NCBI GenBank assembly: GCA_051294375.1
Contig: CM119265.1
Span: 21,452,278 to 21,516,277, forward strand
Reading direction: 5' to 3'
From: Paraspadella gotoi
Taxonomy: Eukaryota; Animalia; Chaetognatha
Length of the DNA stretch: 64,000 nucleotides
How positions within the stretch are numbered: the stretch's first letter is position 1; each line of letters starts with the position of its first letter. The translations under genes and the position numbers were made by a program. Shown here one piece after another: positions 24,755-37,803 of this stretch. The notes under the pieces were generated by a model. The model was not told the DNA's origin, made no database searches, and saw only the letters and a program-made list of their open reading frames with translations.

Positions 24755-25060
24755 CTGCCGGTCTTGGCCTTCTTGGCCTTGACCAACCGCGACACGAGAA
24801 CGGGAATAGAAGAGATTTTCTTGGGCTCCGTGATTTTCCACGTCGTCGTCGCCGTGAACGTCGTCTGTTGCGGAGACGGCGGCGAGGACGGGGACGGCGA
24901 CGACGACGACGACGACGACGCCCCTTTGGTCTTCACCGCTTCGTCGCGCGAAGACGACGAGGCGGACGAAGGAGAAGCCTTTCCGTTGTTGTTGTCGTTG
25001 TCGTTGCGACGGAGTCCGTAGTTATCGTTGTTGTCGTTGTCGCACTTGCGTCGATCGAGT
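24755..25060 (-). CDS. low-complexity coding exon upstream of 23701-24448
   Basis: aaaatag acceptor, AG|GTGAGC donor; LDRRKCDNDNNDNYGLRR...EAVKTKGASSSSSSSPSP...RLVKAKKAKTG, open throughout; phase 2 in, phase 2 out. Confidence 0.65.
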
Positions 25061-27469
25061 CTATTTTTATATTTTTATTTTGGGAATTGAAGGGGGACAG
25101 AGAGGTAAATGAAGCGATAAGAGGAGACAAAGGAATCCAAGAGTAGTCTCGTTATTACGATTAACGCGATCGAGAAAGCAACTGAAATTTGTTTCTTAAA
25201 AAAAAAAACAAACAAAAAAAACAACATAAATTTTGTTCCGACTTTTTTTTCCCCTTCGCCAGAATTCCGGGACATAAACGAGTTTTTTTTTTCTTACAAT
25301 ATTAATGTCGCGATGATATTTCAATTTTGACGCAAAAGATCTAATTCGTGATTTTCTAATTGAATAAACTTCTGTCCTCCGACGATCCTTTTTGTCCGAA
25401 AATAACTCTGATCATCTTTTATCTTGACGAAAAAAAAGTATTAATTTAAAATACCGCGGCGATTCGACAATAAAAAAAGGAATGACGAATAAAGGATAAA
25501 AATTATTTAAATATTTTTCTCTATAAAAAATTTATGAAGTGAAAAAAAAAAAAAAACTTCGCCGAGATTCTCAGCAAATTCTCATAATATTTTCGCCGCG
25601 GGGTGACGAAGCTAGGGTTAAAAAAAAAATACCCCGGGGGTGATTTTCCAGTTCCGACCAGAAGGTCTGTCAGCGCCCCTCGTGTTTTGGTGATGTTTTA
25701 TTGAAGAGACGATTGACGGTCCGCGATTTTGGTCCGTTAAGATTTCTGGATTATTAGGTATTGATAAGTTAAAGATAATTTTTGGACTTTTTGGACTTTA
25801 AGATGAAAATTTTTGGGTCGGTATGACTAGTTTAAAAAAAATTTGATAAGTAAGGGAGTGGTAGGTTGTAAAAATTGTCTATTTATAATCTTCTGTAATC
25901 TTTTTCTTTAACTCATAACAATCTCCAAATATAACTCTTGAAATATTTTCCGGGGAAACAAAAACGATTTTTGTCCCCAGTTTTACAAAAGGATTTAAAC
26001 TTAAACAAAATGGGTATGCAAATGTAAAACAACTCGAAATTCTAAACTGCGGAAACACCTACTTTAAATGTTACTTTCCAACAGTGCAAAAGTATCCTTT
26101 TTAATACTACCGGTTCCTTCCTCTATCTTCTTCCTAATCTTATTCTTCTCCGGTAATTCATACTTCCTTGACTATCGCTACAATCGTGATCTTAAATTGG
26201 GTCGGTCTAAGTGGCGTCGGGTTTCACCCTGGGTTAGTCAAACAACACGTGGATTCCTATCTTCGTTATCTAATATTAACTTTAAGGTCAGTGCAATGAT
26301 CATCTATCGATCATTCTATAAATTAAATTCTATCTATGAATGAATGAATAAATAAATGAAGCGATCAATTACCCAAATTATTCTATCAATCTGTGCAGCT
26401 ATCTAAATTAATCATCACCAATCAATTAATTCAAATATCCCGCTATACATCAATCAATGCTAAAATAATTCCCTAGATTCTCACCCAAAATTGATGCCCA
26501 AGTAAATCGAATTAATTGATAAAATCTAAAATACAGGGTCAACGCAAAAAGGAGACTTTTCAAGAGCGGCGGAGCGGAACAAGAGAAAAAATCGAATCGA
26601 AAATGGGAGCAAGGGGGTGAGGAATGCGAGTGATGGACAAGGACGAGCGAGAGGGAGATAGAAACAACGGAGGGGGCAATTGGTGGACAAGCAGAGGGAG
26701 ATAGAAAAATGGAAGTTGGGGAAAAGTTTCGAAAGGAAAGTCAACGGGAGAGGGCGTGGACAGAGAGAAGAGAGAGTTGAGAGGGAGAGACGATGAGAGA
26801 GAGAGAGTTAGAAGAAAGAGAACAATTTTTAAAAGCAGATTTTAAAAATCCAATTATGCAAGAATAATTGCGAAGCAGGAGAAAGGAACTGCGATGAAAA
26901 CGAGGATAATAATGAGGCAGATTAAAGAAAGCATAAGAATGAAGAGCAGGAGGATGGGTATCGGGGGGGGAGGGTTAGGGGGGAAAAGGAAATCTGAGAT
27001 AGAGGGATGAGGAGAAACTTAAAGCGATGTGGGGGAGAAAGTGGAAGGCAGAACGGGAGAGGAAAGAAAAGCGGAGAATAACGAAATGGAATCAGACCAG
27101 GATTATTTTCTTTTATTAAAATTCCGACGAGAATCGGCTGATGATTGGATGGGAAATGGGACAAAAGAAACGACATGCGGTGATAAAAAACAAAAAAAAG
27201 TTATTTGCGGATACCAGAAGCCAAAAAAAAAAAAAAAACCTATGAAAAGTCCGGATGAAACGTGAAGAACTTTGGGTAGCGTTGCAAAGGTTGCCGAAGG
27301 GGGAGGAAGGGGGGGAGGAGAAGAATCGATGTGCGGATGTGATGAATTGAAAAAAGATGCAGGGGACGAAATAAAACGAGAGAAGCAATCTCTCACCACA
27401 ATCACATTTCACAATCACGCACGGCGCTGCGACTATTGATACGATTCCCTTTAACTGTTCACCGGGAAG

Positions 27470-27824
27470 AAGAGGAGATGTGGAACGATGTTCGTGATAA
27501 CAATTATTGTGTGACGTTGAGGACGAACCTGAAGTTGACGATGTTTGAAGACGAATGACTAATGACGAGACGACGACTCGACGATGACGATGACTATTGA
27601 ACTATGACAGGTGTCAGCGATTGAAATGACGATGATCGGGAAAGACATGAAGGAAGATTACGATCGTCATTATGATTATGAAGATTACAGATTGATGATT
27701 ATTTGAAAGACGATGATTGGCGAAGAGGAAGACGGACGACGACGATTACGATGACGACGGACGACGACGACGATGATTAGATGACGACGACGACGCTTGA
27801 TGCGGAGACCGACGACTAGATGAG
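27470..27824 (+). other. Asp/Glu-rich exon-like island with GAG|GTAATT donor, frame-broken in all copies
   Basis: gac/gat/gaa-rich; mirrored near 44030-44380; differently corrupted copy at ~56055-56400. Confidence 0.3.
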
Positions 27825-27984
27825 GTAATTAATCGCAGCTTAAAAAGCAACAACAACGACAACAACAAAAAAAACCGAAAAAACTGCTTTTTACTTCTGA
27901 TTCTCTCAATTCGATCGAAAACTTGCCTTCTCTCTCTCTTACTCTCTCTTCTCTCTCCTCTCTCTCTCTCTTCTCTCCTCTCTT

Positions 27985-28021
<37 letters not shown>

Positions 28022-28036
28022 CTCTCTCTTCTCTCT

Positions 28037-28113
<77 letters not shown>

Positions 28114-28879
28114 ATCTCATCTCTTCTCTCTTTGTGTAAATCATTCTTTGTTAAAAGTTAGAACTCGAAGCGAAATGTACTACTTTGTTTCATCCTCTTT
28201 GTGTCTTCATTTCAATTTTTTTTACTATAATTTTTTTTCTTCGTAGATTTTACATTCAATTATAGTTTCTTTCTTTCTTTTTCTCTCACTGAATTAACGA
28301 ATATTATAATCGACTACTCCCTGTGAAACCTTAATATCGTCTTCATTGTTGGCCCATATCTACTTTTTTTCTTAATATTATTTATTCTGCGATATATTTG
28401 TTGAATTTCTGTTACACTCTTTTTTTAAGGCCAATTTGTTTCAATTTTGCTTTTTCCCCACCAAAATTTTTTCTGTTATTTTTTTCCAAAATTTTTTTTC
28501 TAATCCAGTCTTCTTTTTACAATTTTGACTATTTTAATCCCTTTTTTTTCTCTCTCTTTTACCTTTTTTTTCAATTTTTCCTAATTCCCACTTTTCTTTC
28601 CCCTTTAATACCTCTTTTTTTTTTTTTTCTTAATCCCCGTTTTCATTTCTCTCATTCTGCCCTTTTTCTTTTTCGCTCTGGTTTTGTAGCAGCCAGGGTT
28701 TTTTTCCCCTCTCGTTCATTCAACTCTAGAGTGTGAGAAGAAGAGACGAGAGGATTGAGAGAGAGAGGAGAGAAGAGAGAGAGAGAGAGAGAGATAGGCA
28801 AAAAAAATCTCTCGGAGCATGTGTCGGAAAAGCAAATTCAACCTTCAAATCTACGATGCGTCGCTATTCATCGTCATCA

Positions 28880-28911
<32 letters not shown>

Positions 28912-29728
28912 CTAGCTATTAACAACAACCAACAACAACAACAGCTTTGTCTCTTTTTCCCCTCTTCCTCAGAGACCCGGTGAGAAATAGAAAGAGTCTC
29001 CTAACTCGGTCCCAATGCGGTACCTAGATTTTTTTTTTTCGTCCATCGCCATCGAAATATGAATTTTTAGATGAGAATTTTGACGCAGCGACTCGAAGGC
29101 GCAGGCATCGTCTTCCCAGCGAGGGATCCTCCAATTCTCACCCGAACGCTCATTTTTCGCCGACAACGAATTTTCCCTCTTAATTGCGCCTTCGTAAATT
29201 CCTTATTTTTCGAATGTGCACCGTAACCTCGGCGAAACGAGCAATCTATGACGACTCTCGATAACCGGAATACTTTCGACGAACCTAATTAATAAAATTT
29301 AACTCGATTTATAAAGTATACATGATTTATACGTACTTGTTAACCGAAATACTTTGATATATAAAAATCGAGCTAATACAAAAATAGCTCTTTTAAACGC
29401 GAACATTAATCATTTTGACGATAGTTAAATCCATAATTGAACTGAGACCGATTTTCATTGCGGAAAATATAACCCTTTGGTTTTTTAATGACTGTTTTAA
29501 CTACCGTAATGCAATGCAAACTGGGAGAGGAGGGGAAAGTGTAAGCGAAGTAATGTTTACTGGAGACAGCCAAAAAAAAAAAAAAAAGAAATAAAACTTC
29601 GTATCGAATCTCAGAGGCCAGGATTTCGCACCTCACGACAAAAACAACTTTAGCTTTTTATCTTAACATGACAAACGGTTTTCCTGACCGATGATAAAAC
29701 CTGGACTAGAATTGACTTTGACTTAAAG

Positions 29729-29811
<83 letters not shown>

Positions 29812-30860
29812 ACTCACTCACACATTCGTCTCTCACTCCTCGATCGCTCTCTCTCTCTTCCCAAAATTTTCTTCTCGAACAAGGAGTCCGTTCTCAACGA
29901 TAAAAATCTTTTTAAAAACCCGCGTAAGATGGGCAGCTTTTTTTTTTTTTTTTTTTTGCAAGATGAACCAGAACCCGGCTTCGAATTTCTTCTCACAGCC
30001 CCCCCGAAGCCTTTTAACCCTCTCCATTCTCCCCCTTAAAAACCCTCCCCTTTTTTTCGCCCCCCGTGGTCGACTGGCCGAATAAAGCGGCGGAAAAAAG
30101 GCTTTCAACTTGAAAAAAAAAAAAAATCGATTGCCTCTTTTTTTTCTCTCTCATTTCATCGATGCGCAATTTTTCATGTTTGTTTTGCTTTTATCGACAG
30201 AGCGCTCTCGAAAAGCAGAGAGAGCGAGGAAAACTTGAAAAAAGCGGCTTCGACGAAAACTCGGGTTCGCATCCGGAATCGGAGAACCTTTGAACTTCAT
30301 CGGCGGCATCGCTTACGATTACCTTTGAACCTTTTATTCTCCAATTTTCGTCGCTTCTCAAAGTCCGTCGCCTCCGTTCTAATTTCCCGCTCGACAATCT
30401 ACCCCGGCACCTGTACCCGGCACGCTGTACACGGCATGTATACCAATTTAACGTCGCACGCCTTACTAGTCACCTAATCCAGCCCTTCACCGTCGCTCCC
30501 GCCTTTCATTATTTTTCTTCTCTTCTCTTCCCCTTTTGTTTCATTCGCTTTCGTTCCCTGATTTTCAGCCGCAAAATCGTCAGTCGAAAATAAAATAAAA
30601 AATCGATGCAACGAAAACAAAAACAATTAAAAACGAAAATCAGATCTCGCGAGTGAAGATCGGGAAATAAGAGTCGAATTCTCGATTTTTAACCGAAATC
30701 GCTCGGACGAGCAAAAAAAACAAAAACAACAATTCAAAAAAACAAAACAAACTAACAAACATCTGCAAAAGAAAAGGTTTACGATTTTTTAAAATAAATT
30801 CGACAACGATGACGGAAAATTTATTAATGCCTTTGTCAAGAACCCTCGCCGCCGCGAGGC

Positions 30861-31099
30861 ATGGCGGGGATCTCGTTAAACCCCAAACCCGCACTCTCAG
30901 ACGCCGTAGACGCAATGATATCCGCGTCCACATACCGCCGCTCCGCCTCCGCCGCCGCCTCCGCCGCTGCCGCAACCAACCCGCAGCGCCGCATCTCTCC
31001 GGCCTGACATTGTCGGGAGATGGAGAGGCCTTCGACAAGGTCAACATTTTCCTCGTTCTCAAAAAGTCGAAAAGTGGGTCGAGCGCGGCGGAAAGAAAG
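30861..31099 (+). CDS. candidate first exon of the long isoform (noisy copy; mirrored at 40753-40991; third copy 52728-52965)
   Basis: ATG at 30861, polyPro stretch, strong AAAG|GTGAGT donor. Confidence 0.4.
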
Positions 31100-32034
31100 G
31101 TGAGTTTCACGCGAGTCGGGAGAGTCCGCGAACTCGTTATATCGCAATTTTTTTTATTTCCATTGCGAATATTACTTTTCATTTTCCTATTTAACAATTT
31201 TCTTTTTGTTGACTCTCTTTATTTTGATTTCTTATCAATTATGTGTACTCCGCACAGCCTTAGTTTTACTATTTTCGTGTTCTTTGTTCACGCTTTTTGT
31301 GCCTCTTAAACAATTTCCGCAAGCGCCCGAGCTCCTCTGTCGTTTTCGACGAGCGCTTCCGACTCCTGGTCTCTCGATCGCCTCCATCTATTTTTTCCTC
31401 GCTTTGTCCACATGTTTCCCGCCGTCTCTCTCGCCAACCACCCGCGGCTTCACTCTGTCCCCACTACTACAGCGTTGACCGCACTACGACGCACTCTTTT
31501 AACCATCGCGGCTTTTTCGTTCCTCAAACTCGACGAACGTTTTCCTTCGTCAACATCGCCGCAAAATGAGGAAAAGAAAAAAATCGATAAAAAACAAAGA
31601 GGAGATGATTTCGCGAAAAAAAAGGACGCGAATCGCTTCGAATAAACGGACCTATGGCCATCCGTTAAAAACGCCACCTGACCGCCTTCGGATAAAACGG
31701 AGCCAACCGTCGCGCGTCACCGCGTGAGATCTTTTTTTTTCCCCAACACGCATCCTCTTGTCGAATTACATTTCGGGCTGTGGATTCTTATTACATTATC
31801 TATTTATTTAGTTGGTTCCATTTATTTTGTTTTCAAGTTGCATGACCGAACTTTTTTGCTTTTTGAATGGAAAAGCTCTTTAATATTTATTCGAATTTGC
31901 CACACTTTGGTGTTACTTATTTGTTTTTTGATTCAGTTGTTTCATTCGGTATTATTTTACTAAGTTTGTTTTGCTCATTCATGTCCAAACCAAAACAATT
32001 TATTACTATCGATTTTAATCTCTCTGTAACTCAG

Positions 32035-32266
32035 CCACCAGAAGAAGACCAAACCGGCGCGTTGAAACGCCATCGCCAAACGGCGCCGTCGACAACATCA
32101 ACGAGACAACAACCGACGGAACAACTACATCGTCCAACTCCAACAACAACCTCAACAACAATAATAACGAAAACGAGCGCGGGGAAAATCGGGAGGTGCT
32201 TTCGGGTTGCGTCGACGCGGCCAAGTCGGCGTCAACATTCGCTCATCCCCGTCGGGAATTCACGCG
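32035..32266 (+). CDS. Asn-rich exon (noisy copy; mirrored at 39586-39817; open copy at 51577-51796)
   Basis: aactcag acceptor, CG|GTGAGA donor. Confidence 0.45.
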
Positions 32267-34271
32267 GTGAGAGGAAGAAGAAGGGGAAGGGGCAGGAAAA
32301 TGCAGGGGGGGGGGAAGTCGGGGAGGGAGGAAGGAAGGCGGGAATGGAAAAAGATTTTAAAAAAGGTTAAGGACAAACAAAAAGGCTTTGGGTGCTAGGA
32401 ATAATACGCGAGATTAATGGATTTTTAAAAGTAAAAAAAAAAAAAGATCAGATATTTCCCCTTTCTCATTTCTCGAGAATTCCCGAGTGATATTTTGACT
32501 GATAATCTTCTTTTGATCAGTGATTTTAAAACTGCTGATATTTGGATCGCGTTCGTCTCCGATTTTCCGGGTCGATCGAGTTAGCGCTTGATCGTTGGAA
32601 AAACAAATTCGCCAAAAATTCAGTTCTAAATAATGTTTTATTTCCCTATTAACTAAAAAAAATAGCCATTCATAAACTGTCCCACAAATGATATTTTCGA
32701 GCCTCGCTAGTAAAAAATGAACAAATGCTCAACCCTTTCCAGGAAACGAAAAGGATTTGATGTTACGCTCGAAAAAGGAGGACGCGTGGCGCGCGCCGTG
32801 AAACGGGATTCCTCTTTTCCGAGAAATTCACCACAGAACGCGAAGCCAGGTGTGGCCCATCGTTCGTAAAGCGAAAAGATCTAAAAAACAAAAGGGGAAA
32901 TTTAACGAAAGTACAAAAGAGATAAAACTAAGTAGAAAGAAAACAAAGATCGGCCCTGAATGTCAGCTCTGAAAAAGCCGACTTCGCCTCGCGATCTGGA
33001 TTTATTCGGGAAGGAGGGAAGGGGCAAAAAGAGACGTGTGATGGGCGATGGGCGTGGAAACCGGAGGAGCATAATCCCGACTGGAATAAAAACAAAAACC
33101 CGAAGAAGGAAGTTCATTTCATCCATCTTCCTCTTTTTCTGTTTTTCTTTCATTGTTTTCCTCGGCATCTTTTCGCCGCTCGTCCTCGTACTCGTCGTCG
33201 TCGTCCTCGTTGTTCTCGCTGCGAAACCCGACGACGACAACAACAACAATATCAACAACAACCTTGACCGCGCAAATTTTAAAATCCCCGCGTCTCACTT
33301 CCGCATATCGATATTCGGCATTTCGATTATCGCGCTATTTTCTTTTCGCCTCGGCTTCCTTCGCTTTTTCCTCGACCAAAAAATAAACTAATGATAACGA
33401 TAATAACAACCAAACAAACAAACAAACAAAAAACGATTACGACACTCGAAAAAACAATAAACCTTAATGCAATGTACAAACAAAACAAAACAAAAAACAA
33501 CCCAAACAAAACACCCTTCTTTCAATTGCTAATACCTTAAATTGCATCGTTCACACTTAACTACTCACTTTCTCTCTCTTGTCTCACACTTTGCCTCTTA
33601 ATTTTTAAAAATTCACCAAATCATTAAAATTCACGACAAAAATTATCTGCTTCATCGGCGACTTTAAAAAAAAAATTAAACATTTTTTGTCATCATTTTC
33701 GACTCGGAACGCAAATTCATTGGGGACGAACGAAACTGGCCTCGTTTTTCCGCGTAAAAAAAAAACCACATTTCGTTCGCCAAAAAAATAATTGTCTAAA
33801 AAAAAAATCTGCCCCCAACTCCTTTCCCCCACTCTCTGCCTCTTCCCCCCCATCTCACCACCCTACATCCCCCACCCCAACCGCGTCTATCTGTCCGGTC
33901 CATCCCTGCAATCATTTCTGTATACCCATGGGGATCGAAAACTCACCGAATACGCCGCCGCTGTTTTTCAACCTCTGCCGCCGCTGATGCTGCTGCCGCG
34001 GCCGCCACCACCCACACTTTTCGTTCGACCAATATACTTTTCCGCCGCGTGTCGCTCGCTCACCGCCCTGCCCCCTACCGTTCAAGATTCGCGCGCAAAT
34101 GTAACGAAATAAAAAAAAACAACAACAACTTTGCCACCCTCCCCCTTGGCCCCCTTGCCCCCTTGCGCCCCCTGCCTCTACTATCCCCGCCGCTTCGAAA
34201 AACTCAATAAAAATTCAAAATGCGAAAACTAAAAAAAAAAAAAATATTTGCAAAACCTCTGACCAAAAAAT

Positions 34272-34296
34272 NNNNNNNNNNNNNNNNNNNNNNNNN
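34272..34296. other. assembly gap (25 N)
   Basis: N run; 34297-34390 folds back on 34020-34110. Confidence 1.
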
Positions 34297-36579
34297 ATTC
34301 GTTACATTTTGCGCGCGAAATTTGAACGGTAGGGGGCAGGGCGGTGAGCGAGCGACACGCGGCGGATAAAGTATATTGGTCGAACGAAAAGAGAAGGAGA
34401 GATGTAGAGAGATAAACCTGTAGATAAACCCCACGGAACGGAATAAAGGAACCGCGAAGCACTTGACTTGAATCGGGTACTCCTCTCCTCTCTCATCTCT
34501 CTCTCGGCTCATCGTCTCTCTCTCGGGACAACTGTAATCTCTCTCTCTCTCTTCTCTCCACGTTCTCTTAATGCATGTCTGCCAATCTCACTGTCGGACC
34601 TCTTCACCGGGAAATCTGGTACGCGATCACACGGAGCCTCACGAAGAAGATTAAACCCGTGAGTCAAAACTCTCTGACTAATATAAACGAATTACAGATA
34701 TCTAAAATTTCCGGACAATAAAGTGTTTAGTTGCTGAGCATTCCTCTTAGTTCCTCGCGGAGGAATGGGAGCTTTCTCTTACTTCGGGTTGGTAAAATAA
34801 ACCCAGCGAAGAGAGAGAGAGGAGGAGAGAAGAGAGACGAGAGGACGAGCGAAGAGCAGAGAAAGAGCAGGAGTTAGAAGAGAGAAAGGTAGCCAGAGAG
34901 ACGCAGCAGATATGCGATGGATCTGACCTCGAGATGTCAATGGCTGACAAATGAGAGACTTCTCGAAGTACCATGTCATTTGACTTTCCGGAATCTCGCG
35001 CCAGAGGAGTGCTCATCACTCCAGAAGTGGTCGCGTTCCCGTATCCTGTGTTTATTCTTTTTAATTAGCTGTTGGTCGTGTCTGGATGCTATGGCGATTA
35101 TAAACAGAGTCGAACGTATTCGTTCTTTGTCCTGTCGCTGCTCCCGATGCCCTCGCCTCGAGTCGGAACTTTTTTTTTTTCTTTTTTCAATCCTCGTATC
35201 TTACCTGCTTGCTCCACCTCGCACACTCCCCCACACCTCGATTTTTTATCACCTAGTTCTCATAGTCAGATTATTCAACTATTTAATTTTTTAATATCTC
35301 TTTCTATGCCTCGTTTCTTTATCTTTTTCTCAGAAGATCCAAACGCACATTTTCGCTGGTCTCTCTCATCCGGGCGCAGACGTCAAACCTCGAAATGCAT
35401 ATTTAATCTCGATTTTTTTCACCTTAAAAAAAATACCTATCACACGTTCTGTTGCGGGCGGCCTGGTTGAGAATTCCTCCCAACCCTAAAAAAAACACAA
35501 AATAGAAAAATGATATCGCGGAGGTGCGTGGTTGAAATTCGAATCCTCACTTCATTTTGTTTGTTTTGTTTTTGTGTGTTTGTTGGGGTTTTGTTGTTCT
35601 CTCGTTCTGTTTTGCTTTTTGTTTTTGTTTGTGGTAATATGTTTGTATTATGTATATTATTGTAACCATAAACAGTAACATCGAATTCCGTAAGAGGATA
35701 ACCTCGAAATCGTCTCGTGTTTCTCCTCTCAACTAATTAGGTTTATTTATACTTCACACCCCCCATCACCCATCTTTAAATCTACCGGCCACGGATTAGT
35801 CGTAAAAAACTTCTCCTTACGCTCAATTTTCAACTCATGAGTTCTCAAGCAACGGTGAAAATCCACCGATACTAAATACATTCATCATTAGTATGATATC
35901 AGAAGAGATCCAAACAATTTTTATCCCAAAAAAATAAACAAGAATACGACTGCTACTAACACTCATCACATTAAACCAGACACCTCCCAGAATTAACACT
36001 GAATATCAATCCGAATCACAACTCCAATTTCGCACTTCGCCTCTCTCTACATCTCTCTCCCCCTACTCTACATACTGCCTCGCTCTCTCTCGTCATTCTC
36101 TCTTCTCGCTCTCTCTCTCTAGCTCTCTTCTCTCTTGTCTCATAAGAGTCAATAAACAAATTAAGTAACAACGAACTTTAATTTGTTATTATTCAGAACA
36201 AGACTTTTCAGTAAAATATGTAAATCAATGAGTTTATAAGATGACGCTTATGTTGATATTCATGAATACAATTAACAATTTCATCGGATTTTCTTTTCTC
36301 TTTACTCATTTTTCGCATATAATTCAAATCGACTTTCTCTCTCACCTCAGCAATCCTTCGACTCATTCCCCTCCATTTCTCCTTCCTATTTTAGTTCCTC
36401 CTCTCACTCTCTCTTATCAACCTCTCACTTCTCCCCCCTCACCACCTAAACCACTCACACCACCGCTGAGAGCTCACCTCCACCCTATACCACCTTCTCT
36501 TTCTCACGTGTCTCCTCGTCCTCTTCAGACTCTCCATCTCAAGAATCTAGTTAGATTGCTCACACAACAAACAAGGACG

Positions 36580-37778
36580 TGAATTAATTTGAATTTTTTC
36601 TGCGCTTCAATAGTTTTTTAAATTAGCCACAAAACCTTTGAATGGAGAAAGGATTAAAAATGAAGGTATTTATTTTTCTCTTGGGGATTTCTATACAGCT
36701 TTCGGCTCTCTCGCCGTCAGCATTTCTATATCATTATGTTAAATGATTTTCTTTTTCCAATTTAGAAACTAACGTATCCCCCGGAAAATCCCCCCCATTT
36801 GGGGCTTCCCCACCTGCCCGGTCTGGGGCCCCTTCTGGGCCCTTTGGGAACCAACCCCCGCGAACCAACCAGGAAACGGGGAAATAGAAAAAGAAAAGAT
36901 TTCCCTTTCTTGGCCTTCCGTGGATTTTCCCCCCAAACGTAAGTCCCCCGTCCGCGGTAGGAAAACCCGCCGGGGTTCCCTGTGCGGAACCCGGCCCGGG
37001 CGAGGAACGGGGGAACCGGGACCCGAACGACCGACGAAGGACCGACCGAACGCCCCCCCCCTTTTGGGGTATTCCCAACCGCCTTCGTCCGCCCGAAGAA
37101 CGAACGGAGGCGGACGAAAAGGAGGAAAGCCTTCCGTTTTGGTTTTGTCGTTGTTCGTTTGCCCGACGGAAAGGTTTCCTAGTTATTCGTTGTTTGTTCG
37201 GTTTGTCGCCCCCAACTTGCCCCCGTCCCCGATCGAGTTCCTAATTTACATTATTTTATTTTTTTGTTCAGAGGTTTGCAATATTTTTTTTTTTTTAGTT
37301 TTCGCTTTTGAATTTCTTATTGAGTTTTTCCCGCAGCCGGCGGGGGGATTAAGTACCAGGCAGGGGGCGCAAGGGGGCAAGGGGGCCACGGGGGAGGGTG
37401 GCAAAGTGTTGTTTTTTTATTCGGTTTACAATTTGCCCGCGCCGAAATGAAACGGTAGGGGCCCAGGGCGGTGAACCCGAAGCGACACCGCGGCCGGAAA
37501 AGTATATTGGTCCCGAACGAAAAAGTGTGGGTGTGTGGCGGGCCCGCCGGCAGCAAGCATCAAGCGGCGGCCAGAGGTTGGAAAAACAAGCGGCCGGCCG
37601 GTAATTCGGTGAAGTTTTCGATCCCCATGGTATAACAGCAAAAATTGCAGGGATGGGGACCCGCGACCAGATGACCCCGCCGGTTTGGGGGGGGGAGAAG
37701 TTGGGTAGGGTTTGGTGAAAAAGAATGGGGGCGGAAAGGAGCAAGAAAAGTGGGGGGGAAGGCAAAGTTGGGAAAAGA
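36580..37778 (+). repeat. very noisy copy of ~24570-25075 joined to the reverse complement of ~33840-34270
   Basis: recognisable despite many insertions; reproduces the junction seen at ~49570. Confidence 0.75.
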
Positions 37779-37803
37779 NNNNNNNNNNNNNNNNNNNNNN
37801 NNN
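37779..37803. other. assembly gap (25 N)
   Basis: N run. Confidence 1.

Larger units (their letters stand above)
25082..34016 (+). repeat. left arm of a ~9-kb inverted duplication (mirror of 37804-46770)
   Basis: about 30 ORF pairs with identical translations and coordinate sum 71852 (e.g. 26068..26343 / 45509..45784, 30640..31197 / 40655..41212, 32960..33391 / 38461..38892). Confidence 0.97.

Noticed and set aside
33792-34112. 106-aa ORF with an AAT|GTAACG donor as the exon preceding 24755-25060
   Set aside because: Its donor is phase 0 in the open frame and gives a stop in the next exon; the phase 2 frame has a TGA near 33985; exon 51577-51796 fits instead
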